A stretch of 50,257 nucleotides of DNA, from positions 1-50,257 of the IMG/VR virus record IMGVR_UViG_3300037470_000506, one strand, 5' to 3'. Source of the DNA: a virus. Lineage: Duplodnaviria > Caudoviricetes. Position numbers and translations under genes: made by a program. Of this stretch, positions 36,551 through 44,095 are shown piece by piece (positions within the stretch are counted from its first letter, which is position 1; every line of letters begins with the position of its first letter). The notes beneath the pieces are model-generated. The model searched no databases. It had not been told where the DNA came from and saw only the letters and a program-made list of their open reading frames with translations.

Positions 36551-36653
36551 GCGTGTTCTCCAATCCAAGAACTTCCTGTGAGCATCGGCGAGCAGCGATC
36601 TCGCACCAGCGCTCGATGTGCGACTCGACCTTGAAGCCGCCGCGCATCTTCAT
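36543..36653 (-). CDS. Micro-protein (36 aa)
   Basis: MKMRGGFKVESH...; ATGA overlap upstream, stop inside repeat A. Confidence 0.45.
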   Translation of the reverse strand: MKMRGGFKVESHIERWCEIAARRCSQEVLGLENTHD

Positions 36654-36808
36654 GGCTTCTCCTCCCCGAAGTAGATGAGGCCGTGGAAGTCGCCGTGGCC
36701 CTTCGGCTGGTTGCACAGTCCGGCTATGTCGCCAAAGCCGTTGTAGACGGGGTGGTTGCACGTCTCCTCGGTCGGCTCCTCGGATGCGGGTGGGCGGTCA
36801 GTGGTCAT
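36650..36808 (-). CDS. Repeat-module micro-protein with C..C...GH..H motif
   Basis: MTTDRPPASEEPTEETCNHP...CNQPKGHGDFH. Confidence 0.6.
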   Translation of the reverse strand: MTTDRPPASEEPTEETCNHPVYNGFGDIAGLCNQPKGHGDFHGLIYFGEEKP

Positions 36809-37493
36809 CGGTGGATTGCAGCGCGGCATGGAGTCGTCGCACAAGTGCTTCATAGGTGGCTATGGCGATCGGTCCGTTGGCTCCGGTCGGCCACGTCACC
36901 ATCGCGCTGAGGAGAGGGCGTTCTCGTTCCAGCGACTCGCGCGACGCGGCCTCGGCTTCGATCTTTCTGATGGCACGAGCCATCTCAGGGTCCGGTCCGC
37001 CCTCGTCCTCCCAGTGTTCGAGGACATAGCGGCCTGTCGGGGTCGAGGGGACGTCGGTCTCCTCTTCGAGCGGCTCGACGGGAAGCGGGATGCTGCCCTC
37101 CCAGCCGGGCATCGTCACGAACGTCCGGCCGCCAGACCGACACAGGTACGACTTGTCGGCCTCGTCGCAGCCCTGCGGACACAGGCCGCGATAGACCGGG
37201 TAGGTGGGCAGGTACTGCTCGTCGTGGTTGTGGGGCCACGGGTGCCACGACTCGGCGTGCCCGATCTCGTCCTCGTCGGTGAGCGCGTCACGGATCACGT
37301 CTAGCGAAGGCGGCGATGGCGCGGCCTGGGCTTCGATGGCGAGGATGCTGGCGGTCGCTACGGCTAGACTGTCGCGTCGCTCCTGTTCATTAGCGATGCT
37401 GTTGGTTAGCCACGCCGCGAGCATGTGACGGTGCTCGCGCCCCGCCTCGGTGCTCGGCTCCCCGGATGCGGGTGGGCGGATGGATTCGGTCAT
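36798..37493 (-). CDS. Repeat-module protein
   Basis: MTESIRPPASGEPSTEAGR...ILAIEAQAAPSPPSLDV. Confidence 0.7.
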   Translation of the reverse strand: MTESIRPPASGEPSTEAGREHRHMLAAWLTNSIANEQERRDSLAVATASILAIEAQAAPSPPSLDVIRDALTDEDEIGHAESWHPWPHNHDEQYLPTYPVYRGLCPQGCDEADKSYLCRSGGRTFVTMPGWEGSIPLPVEPLEEETDVPSTPTGRYVLEHWEDEGGPDPEMARAIRKIEAEAASRESLERERPLLSAMVTWPTGANGPIAIATYEALVRRLHAALQSTDDH

Positions 37494-37804
37494 CGGTTCC
37501 ACTCCCACGGCTGCTCCGCTAGGTCACACCACTTGCTGCTTCCTAGAGGTGCCTGATGCGTGCTACACCACACGTCGGAAGTCTGCCGCCGATCAGCGTC
37601 CGGCTCACACTTCGCCACGTAGTCGATGTCCCCGACGAGGCCGGCGAGGGAGCGGAGGGCCGTCACGATCCCTCGGTTGATGTACGGCTCACCGTGAGAG
37701 TCGTCCGGGCGGGTGATGTACTTGCCGCGCAGGGCCAGCCTAAGCGCCGCAACATTCACGGTCTGCTCTGGCGGCTCCCCGGATGCGGACGGGCTGGGGT
37801 CCAT
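37490..37804 (-). CDS. First ORF of the repeat array
   Basis: MDPSPSASGEP...; GGAG RBS. Confidence 0.6.
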   Translation of the reverse strand: MDPSPSASGEPPEQTVNVAALRLALRGKYITRPDDSHGEPYINRGIVTALRSLAGLVGDIDYVAKCEPDADRRQTSDVWCSTHQAPLGSSKWCDLAEQPWEWNR

Positions 37805-37824
37805 CGGGTCGTCTCCGGTCTGAC

Positions 37825-38012
37825 TAGCCCTTATTCCAGCCCCTATCCGGTCCGTCACCATGCGCCCCATCCGGGCCTAAGCGGCCCATCCTGTGAGGCA
37901 CCGGGACCCACGGATTGCCTTGCGCCGAATCCGGTATGCGGTACCAATCTCGCCCTCCTGAGCACGATTCTACTCCTCTCAGGCTCCAGACAGCCCGTAT
38001 TACAGCCCTTAT
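37825..38012. mobile_element. attP: tRNA-3'-like core flanked by arm-type repeats
   Basis: Core CGAATCCGGTATGCGGTACCA (37926-37946); tandem AGCCCnTAT pairs with 12-bp period at 37826/37838 and 37992/38004; immediately downstream of the integrase. Confidence 0.75.
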
Positions 38013-39160
38013 GCACTGCTGATGCCGCCCAGAAGCGCCTCCAGCGCGCGCGCCGCATCTGCCTGCATGGTCGGCAGAACATGGCTGTACGTGTTGAGCG
38101 TCATCTCGACGGTCGTGTGCCCGAGCGCCTCGCTCACGACCTTGGCGTTGACGCCGGCGGCGAGCATCAGGGTCGCGTAGGTGTGGCGGATGTCATGGAA
38201 CCGCCGAGCGGGCAGCCCGAGCGAGGCGAGCAGCGGCCGGAAGCGGCGCTCGGTGAAGTGCTCCCAGTCGAGCGGCTGCCCATCGGGTCCGGTGAAGATC
38301 AGGTCATCGTCGGTCAGCCGATGACCGATGCGGAGCAGTGCTTCGGCGCGCGCGAGTCGATAGCCGCGCAGCATGGCGGCCGTCGCGGCCGTGACCGCGA
38401 TGCCGCGCATCTTCGCGGTCTTCGGCTCATCCACCATCCAGCGGCCCTTGTGGCGGTAGAGCTCGCGTCGGACGTGGAGCACGGCACCGGCTTCGTCCAG
38501 GTCAGACCAGCGCAGCCCGGCCAGCTCACCGAGGCGCATGCCCGTGCGCAGCGCCACGACGATGAGCACCTCGGACTCCTTGCCCGCGATGCCCGCGGTG
38601 AGCGCCTGCACCTGCTGGGGAGTGAACGGTCGGATCTCGGTCTTCGTCTTGCGCGGCTTCTTGATCTTCGATGAGGGGTTGACGGCGATCAGGCGCCACG
38701 CGACGGCCTGCTCGAGAGCGGAATGCAAGACGGCGTGCAGGTAGTGAACGCTGGCCGGACTGGCGCCGGCATCCATACGATCGGCGTACAGGCTGGCGAT
38801 GTCCTGCGCGCTCAACCTGGAGAGCTTCTTCTTCCCGAGCTCGGGGATGAGGTAGCGATTCGTCAGACCGGCATACCGCTCGTAGCTCCGGGGCCGCAGC
38901 GAGAGGCGCGCCACGTCGAGCAGCCAGCGGGTCATGAACTGCTCGACGGTCTGGCGGTCGCCCGGAGTCATGCCCTTGGCGACCTCAGCGAGCGCGTCAT
39001 CGCGCGCCTTCGCAGCCTCCTTGGGACTGCGGCCGTAGACCGAGTACCGCTTGTGCGTCCGCGGATCGGTGTAGCGCGCTTGGAAGGAACCGTCTGGCAA
39101 TTGCCGCGGAGCGGAGCCAGAGCCCTTGTCGCGGCGAATGTCGCCCATCGAGTCCATCAT
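38009..39160 (-). CDS. int: Tyrosine integrase
   Basis: TGMRLGELAGLRW, FHDIRHTYAT, LGH, TLNTYSH. Confidence 0.96.
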   Translation of the reverse strand: MMDSMGDIRRDKGSGSAPRQLPDGSFQARYTDPRTHKRYSVYGRSPKEAAKARDDALAEVAKGMTPGDRQTVEQFMTRWLLDVARLSLRPRSYERYAGLTNRYLIPELGKKKLSRLSAQDIASLYADRMDAGASPASVHYLHAVLHSALEQAVAWRLIAVNPSSKIKKPRKTKTEIRPFTPQQVQALTAGIAGKESEVLIVVALRTGMRLGELAGLRWSDLDEAGAVLHVRRELYRHKGRWMVDEPKTAKMRGIAVTAATAAMLRGYRLARAEALLRIGHRLTDDDLIFTGPDGQPLDWEHFTERRFRPLLASLGLPARRFHDIRHTYATLMLAAGVNAKVVSEALGHTTVEMTLNTYSHVLPTMQADAARALEALLGGISSA

Positions 39161-39405
39161 CGCACCACCGGAGGTCGCGGCGGGTTCTCATGGATCATCG
39201 GATCGGGGCGGTGCGGCATCACGCGGTCGATGGGGTTCGTGCCTCGATGCCACCAGTCGTGGCCGTTGCCGAAGACCCACCGTGGCCGCCAGTTCGGGCA
39301 GACGTCCCACTCATGCTGGGTCAGCGCGCCGGTGAAGACATCATGGCGACTCGTCGGGCGTGTAACGGGTACGAGCTCTGCCCCGCACTTTCTGCAGTGG
39401 GTCAC
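39157..39405 (-). CDS. Small Zn-ribbon-like protein
   Basis: HCRKCG...CP...H. Confidence 0.55.
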   Translation of the reverse strand: MTHCRKCGAELVPVTRPTSRHDVFTGALTQHEWDVCPNWRPRWVFGNGHDWWHRGTNPIDRVMPHRPDPMIHENPPRPPVVR

Positions 39406-39647
39406 GATGCCCTCCGTGCCTGTTCGTACTCGGCTCGAGCGGCCGCCAGCCGTTCCTCGATGTAGGCGTCGAAGTCGCTCCGCAGGACGCGCCAGGTGCC
39501 GCCTTCGTGGGAGCGGAAGGCGCGCAGCTGAGGCGGCTCGCCATCCGGACCCGACGCGATGAGGCGGCCGACGCTCGTCTTGCCGATGTTCAGCCGATCG
39601 GCGACCTCGCGCAGGGTCATGGCGATGGGCTCGAAGCGCTCAGCCAC
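39402..39647 (-). CDS. xis: Excisionase-like HTH_17 protein
   Basis: MTLREVADRLNIGKTSVGRLI...WRVLRSDFDAYIE; upstream of int. Confidence 0.8.
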   Translation of the reverse strand: MAERFEPIAMTLREVADRLNIGKTSVGRLIASGPDGEPPQLRAFRSHEGGTWRVLRSDFDAYIEERLAAARAEYEQARRAS

Positions 39648-39795
39648 GACGCGGCCTCCGGTACAGCCGCAGGTCGTGCCACAGCTCGGCGACAACCAGC
39701 ACGCAGGCGGCGAGGCCGACGCCCGTCCAGTCGAAGGCGGTGTAGACCGCCGCGAATAGCGCGCCGCCGATGAGGAGCTGCAGGGCAATGCTCAC
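39640..39795 (-). CDS. Small membrane protein
   Basis: Manually translated VSIALQLLIGGALFAAVY...; GTGA overlap. Confidence 0.5.
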   Translation of the reverse strand: MSIALQLLIGGALFAAVYTAFDWTGVGLAACVLVVAELWHDLRLYRRPRRG

Positions 39796-40487
39796 GAGGC
39801 GACCCGCCGCCCGGCGAGGCAGCGCAGCGTCGCCGCCCAGAACTCTGGGCCGGGGTTCGGCGCGTCCATGCGCCTCGCCGAGGCCACGACTCGCGCCCGT
39901 AGCTCACCTTCCCGTCCCCACGGCCGGACCTCCAGGAGCCCGGCGCCCTCCGGCAACTCGGTCGGCAGGATGCAGCGCACGGGCGCCGCGTACCAGAATT
40001 CGGTCGCGATCTCCATGGCCGCTGCCCACTTGGCGCGCTCCTCGATCGTGTAGCCCGCTCCCAGCAGGCGATCGAGCGCCTCGTCATCCTTGCGGCGCAT
40101 CGCCTCGCGGGCCACATCTGGGCTCACCCGGAGGCGACCGTCGTACTTCAGGATCGTCTTCGGCTTCAGCTCGCGCAGCCAGTCGGCGCGCGACACCTTG
40201 ACCTCGTACACGATCCGCGCGTAGTTGTTCGATGGGACGAGCCCAATCGCCAATGCATCGAACCGCTGTGGCTCGCCATACGAGCCGGTTTCCGCTGGCA
40301 CCTCGCGCAGGAAGACCCAGCGACCCGGGCGTCCGTTCCAGCCGCCCTCGTCATGGCGCTTGGCCAGCACGTCGAGCACGTCGGTCGCCGTGATCCCGCC
40401 GCCCTTCGGGATGTCCACCAGCGGCTGCCAGCCTTCCTGGAGCTCCATCTCGTCCACGTCCGGGAAGAGCAACCGCTGTCCGCTCAC
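39792..40487 (-). CDS. MmcB-like PD-(D/E)xK nuclease
   Basis: RFDALAI...YEVKVSRADWLREL...FWYAAP...ELPEGAGL. Confidence 0.7.
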   Translation of the reverse strand: MSGQRLLFPDVDEMELQEGWQPLVDIPKGGGITATDVLDVLAKRHDEGGWNGRPGRWVFLREVPAETGSYGEPQRFDALAIGLVPSNNYARIVYEVKVSRADWLRELKPKTILKYDGRLRVSPDVAREAMRRKDDEALDRLLGAGYTIEERAKWAAAMEIATEFWYAAPVRCILPTELPEGAGLLEVRPWGREGELRARVVASARRMDAPNPGPEFWAATLRCLAGRRVAS

Positions 40488-40765
40488 GCCTTCACCTCGA
40501 CGGGGATGCCGCACTCATCGCACAACTGGATCGGTACGAATCCGGGACAGGCGTAGGCGGTGTGCGTCGAGCCGTGGACGTGGCTCGGATCGGCGGCGGC
40601 CGCTTGCTGCCGTCGATACTCGGCTGCCGCTACCGCATCGCGGCGGAACGAGCACGAGCAGTCCAGGCAGCATCCGTGGTCGCGCGGGTTGTCCTGCCAC
40701 GGATGGCGACCGTAGACGTGGCCGCACTCGCAGAGCTTCGCGTCGAAGGGTAGGCGGATGCTCAC
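40484..40765 (-). CDS. Cys/His-rich protein, paralog 2
   Basis: FDAKLCECGHVYGRHPW...HVHGSTHTAYACPG. Confidence 0.75.
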   Translation of the reverse strand: MSIRLPFDAKLCECGHVYGRHPWQDNPRDHGCCLDCSCSFRRDAVAAAEYRRQQAAAADPSHVHGSTHTAYACPGFVPIQLCDECGIPVEVKA

Positions 40766-41154
40766 GATGCCAGCTCCAGCAGCACGTCGGCGTGGCACGG
40801 CCCGGGAGGGCACCAGCCGACGAGGTCTTGGCCGCGTAGCGGTTCGAGGTCAGGCTTCTCAGGGAGTACGAAGTCGCGCAGATACATGCTTGCTGCGCTC
40901 GATGCGAAGCCGGTTTCGATGCCGACAGCCGTCACGGCGATCGGCAACGCGTCGGTGATCCACGCCCGGTGCAGCGCCACGGCAGCTGCTCGTCGGCCTT
41001 CCGCCTCGCCACGGTAGCCGAGCAGGATGGCGACCCACGGCATGGCGGCGTGGTCGACCGGCCACGGGTTGCCCCAGATCGACGGGCGGCCGACGTACAC
41101 CGCGCCATCCGGCATCCGCCAGCCCTTCGTCCGCTGCCGCTGGATGCGCTTCAT
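40762..41154 (-). CDS. DUF4326-family protein
   Basis: YVGRPSIWGNP...LRGQDL..WC....CHADVLLELA. Confidence 0.85.
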   Translation of the reverse strand: MKRIQRQRTKGWRMPDGAVYVGRPSIWGNPWPVDHAAMPWVAILLGYRGEAEGRRAAAVALHRAWITDALPIAVTAVGIETGFASSAASMYLRDFVLPEKPDLEPLRGQDLVGWCPPGPCHADVLLELAS

Positions 41155-41423
41155 GCCGCCAGCCGCCGCATCTGCCGAGGCCAACCCCGAACGCTACGAC
41201 CGCCGACCGCGAGGGCGTAGCGGCCGCAACCCGAGCAGAGCCGGGAGTCCTGACCGGCCTTGACCCGCTTCTCGGCGACGGCGTGCCAGGCACCGTAGGC
41301 CTCGGGCATCGGAGCGTGACGGCGCTCGTTTGGGCAGTCGAAGCGTTGCAGCGACACGTTCGTCGCGCCGGCGGCTTCCTCGCCGCCGCAGATGAAGACC
41401 TTGTCGCGCGTCTTGCGGCTCAT
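41151..41423 (-). CDS. Hypothetical Cys/His protein
   Basis: CP...H.PMPEAYGAWH...CSGCG. Confidence 0.6.
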   Translation of the reverse strand: MSRKTRDKVFICGGEEAAGATNVSLQRFDCPNERRHAPMPEAYGAWHAVAEKRVKAGQDSRLCSGCGRYALAVGGRSVRGWPRQMRRLAA

Positions 41424-41839
41424 GCCGGCCGCTCCGAGATTGGGCCGAGGGCCTCGAAGTGCCATGCCCCGATGCTGTCGCGATGCGATCGCCAGTTGAA
41501 CGCAAGCACCATCCGCATGCCGCGTGAGTACGGCTGCGTCAGGGGATCGGCGCGTGCCGCGGAGTCGCGCCAGTCACGGCGGCCCGTGAGGAACGGGCAC
41601 TGCGCCATGGCCAGCTCAGCGCAGGCCGGATGCATCCACGGGTCCGCGAAGCAGGTCCGACCGTCGTCAGGGCCGATGAACGCGATCGGGCCGCTCCTGA
41701 TCCTGCGTCCGCAGATGCCGCAACGGGTCCGCTCGGCGCACTGGTCCACGTGATCGGCGTCCAGCTCCTTGAAGTCGATCGGCTCGCGGGTCGCATCGAC
41801 CATGAACGGCACGGTCAATCGGCCCACGGTCCCGCTCAT
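41420..41839 (-). CDS. Zn-binding phage protein
   Basis: CGICG...FIG...DPWMHPACA...CPFL. Confidence 0.65.
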   Translation of the reverse strand: MSGTVGRLTVPFMVDATREPIDFKELDADHVDQCAERTRCGICGRRIRSGPIAFIGPDDGRTCFADPWMHPACAELAMAQCPFLTGRRDWRDSAARADPLTQPYSRGMRMVLAFNWRSHRDSIGAWHFEALGPISERPA

Positions 41840-42453
41840 GCCTGTACTCCCGCCTGGATGGAAACGCGATCCGCCGTGCGGTCACCGGGCTCGACCCACG
41901 CCTGACCGATGCCCTCGAAGAAGTCTCGCTCCTCCCGGCATGGCCAGCGCTTTCCGGATCGGTACAGGTACCCGTCCTTGACGCGGCGCAGGTACTTCTG
42001 GCAGTCCGTGACCAGGCGATGCGACCACTCGGCGGGTCCGGTGCGGATGCAAAGCTGCAAGCCCCACGAGTCGGGATCATGGACGAGGAACAGGTCCACC
42101 GGAAAGCCCTGCCAGACGAGAGCCTTGTACGAGTCGCCATCGCGGCTGCCGATCTCGACCGAGCCATCCTTGCGGTGGCTCTCGACGTCGCGCAGCGGCA
42201 GGGCGCCGGACGCGCGGAGCGAGTAGAGCGTCTCGGCGAGGTAATCGATCTCGACCGGTGTGCCCCACAGGTCGCCGCCCTCGACGGTCCCGACACGCGG
42301 CATGGCCACGATCTCGATGTCCGACACGAGCGGAGCGCCACGGCGGATGCTGCCTGCGATCTCGATGCGATCGCACGACGGACCGAGTATCGACACGAGC
42401 GACTCAGCCGCGGTCCGAGCGGAGGAGAGCCCGACCTTTTCGCCCTGGCTCAC
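41836..42453 (-). CDS. Minimal X-family DNA polymerase (palm+thumb, pol-beta-like nucleotidyltransferase)
   Basis: IAGSIRRG...SDIEIV...VDLF...RTGPAEW...EERDFF..IG..WVEP..R. Confidence 0.85.
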   Translation of the reverse strand: MSQGEKVGLSSARTAAESLVSILGPSCDRIEIAGSIRRGAPLVSDIEIVAMPRVGTVEGGDLWGTPVEIDYLAETLYSLRASGALPLRDVESHRKDGSVEIGSRDGDSYKALVWQGFPVDLFLVHDPDSWGLQLCIRTGPAEWSHRLVTDCQKYLRRVKDGYLYRSGKRWPCREERDFFEGIGQAWVEPGDRTADRVSIQAGVQA

Positions 42454-42923
42454 GCCGCACCCCGCTCGGCGTGCTGGTCGGCCCACGTGACCGCGACGGC
42501 GAGGGCGCTCCACACATCGCCGCTGATTCCGTACAGCGGTCCCGGTTCAGCCTTCCGGCCGATCGCAGCTGAGCCGCCGTAGCGGTCGATCAGGGCTGCG
42601 CGGATGTTCGGGTCCTTCGCTCGCATGCTGCCGCAGAGATGGATCTTCACCGCCTTGCGGCCGATGCGGTCGGTCGGGGTCGGGAAGGCGGCCTGTGCGA
42701 ATCGACCCGACCAAAACACCGTCTCGAACACCTCGCGTCCGACCGGCATGCCGAACGACTCGACCTTCTCGATGACGACGCGGGTGACGCCGTTCCAGCC
42801 GTGGCAGAACTGGAGCACGTCGAGGTTCGGGCTCTTCCCGAAGTCCACGATCTTGTCGCCCGTCGTGACGATCCACGCCGACTGCTCGGGACCGGGATCG
42901 ATGGCGAGGATGACCGTGCTCAT
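42450..42923 (-). CDS. RuvC-like Holliday junction resolvase
   Basis: ILAIDPG, VVIE, DVWSALAVA. Confidence 0.75.
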   Translation of the reverse strand: MSTVILAIDPGPEQSAWIVTTGDKIVDFGKSPNLDVLQFCHGWNGVTRVVIEKVESFGMPVGREVFETVFWSGRFAQAAFPTPTDRIGRKAVKIHLCGSMRAKDPNIRAALIDRYGGSAAIGRKAEPGPLYGISGDVWSALAVAVTWADQHAERGAA

Positions 42924-44095
42924 GCCGGCGCTCCGTGCTGCTCGTTGGCGGCGAGCCAGTCGCGCAGCTCGTCGACCTGCTCGGGAACCTCGCCCTTGCG
43001 GCCGCCGCGGATCCAGACACCGACCGCTCGGCGGATGAGGCTCTGTCGCTCCCGCTCCTCCGGCGACTGCGCGGCCGGCGGCGCATGGCGGCGCTGATCG
43101 GCCTCAGCCTGGCGCCGTTCACGATCGCGCTCCTCGGCCCTCGATCGCTCGGCCAACCGGCTCTCGGCCATGCGCTTGAGGTCCCACGGCAGCACCTTGC
43201 CGCGCCGCTCAAGACAGGCTGCGAAAGCCGGAGCGATCTCGGTCTGCACCCAATCCGCCGAGTAGCGGCGATCCATGTCCTCCCAGGCAGCGACGTACTC
43301 CCGATCGCCGAGCCACTTGCCGGAGTCGAACAGCTGACGGCAGGCGAGCGTCGCCGAGTCGGATTCGGATGGCAGCTCATGGCTTGCCAGCATTGCGTCT
43401 GCTGCTGGCTCTGCTGCTGGCTCTGCTTCTGCCTCTGTATCTGCCTCTGCTCTGCTCTGGCGCGCGTGGGCTTTCGTTACAGAAATTTCGGTAACGGCCG
43501 TTACATCGTTACCAACTGACGGGATAGGGCGAAGCCGCATGCCCGCCTGTTCGAGTGTCCTCCCGCCCTTCGCGGCATTGCACGAGTAGCAGGACGTGAC
43601 GAGGTTCTCGGTATCGTCGGTCCCTCCTTGCACCTTCGGGATGACGTGGTCAGGCACCAACGCCTTCCGGTCGGGAGTCGCCCCGCAATATCGGCAGGTA
43701 TAGGCGTCACGCTCGAAGATCGGGGACCTCATCCGAGCTCGGTGAAGACGAACCCGCTCTCGCACCTGATCCGGCTCATCCGATGGGTACCGCTGGCGAT
43801 CGTGATCGGCCAGGTCGTGGATCGCGATCCCGCCCGCGCCCAGGTCGTCGAGGAGCCGGATGCCGATGAGCCGGTCGAGGAGCCGGGAGCACTTCGAGCG
43901 GCTCGTCTCACGCCGCCGCAGGACGCGCAGGGCATCCTCGCGGTCAACGAACGCATCGCCGCCCATGACCTCGACCGCGGCGCGCAGGTCGGTCCAGGCC
44001 CCGAGCTCGGCGTGGTTCAGGTCGCGGAACTTCTCGTGCCGCCGCAGCTGTACGGCGTAGACCCGGAACCAGCGGCCACGCGGATCAGCGGCCAT
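42920..44095 (-). CDS. Replication initiator-like protein with internal HNH domain
   Basis: N-terminal WFRV...HEKF; IFERDAYTCRYCG...DHVIP...GG.D...NLVTSCYSCN..KG; low-complexity linker. Confidence 0.7.
   Translation of the reverse strand: MAADPRGRWFRVYAVQLRRHEKFRDLNHAELGAWTDLRAAVEVMGGDAFVDREDALRVLRRRETSRSKCSRLLDRLIGIRLLDDLGAGGIAIHDLADHDRQRYPSDEPDQVRERVRLHRARMRSPIFERDAYTCRYCGATPDRKALVPDHVIPKVQGGTDDTENLVTSCYSCNAAKGGRTLEQAGMRLRPIPSVGNDVTAVTEISVTKAHARQSRAEADTEAEAEPAAEPAADAMLASHELPSESDSATLACRQLFDSGKWLGDREYVAAWEDMDRRYSADWVQTEIAPAFAACLERRGKVLPWDLKRMAESRLAERSRAEERDRERRQAEADQRRHAPPAAQSPEERERQSLIRRAVGVWIRGGRKGEVPEQVDELRDWLAANEQHGAPA
43399..43512. repeat. Candidate intragenic replication origin
   Basis: CGTTAC at 43475, 43499, 43507 and inverted at 43491 around AGAAATTT; adjacent TCTGC-type repeat run 43399-43459. 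Confidence 0.45.

Larger units (their letters stand above)
35293..37348. repeat. Repeat B (encodes AEARATPPSLD), 4 copies
   Basis: CATCCAGCGAAGGCGGGGTGGCGCGAGCCTCGGCAATGGCG identical at 35293-35333 and 35755-35795; variants at about 36023 and 37296. Confidence 0.9.
35481..37788. repeat. Repeat A (encodes RPPASGEPS[TE]), about 10 full or partial copies
   Basis: CTCGGCTCC(C/T)CGGATGCGGGTGGGCGG starting at 35481, 35886, 36271, 36379, 36513, 36772, 37453; partial at 35562, 36160, 37772. Confidence 0.92.

Noticed and set aside
35481-37788. Repeat A as a CRISPR array
   Set aside because: Spacing is irregular (about 80-680 bp), the repeats are in-frame coding, and no cas genes are present
37926-37946. 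tRNA gene
   Set aside because: Only the 3' 21 nt is present; no D or anticodon arm, so treated as the att core
35152-39160. Integron or shufflon driven by the adjacent tyrosine recombinase
   Set aside because: All repeats are direct (no inversion geometry), lack attC-like palindromes, and the integrase has its own ordinary attP and excisionase
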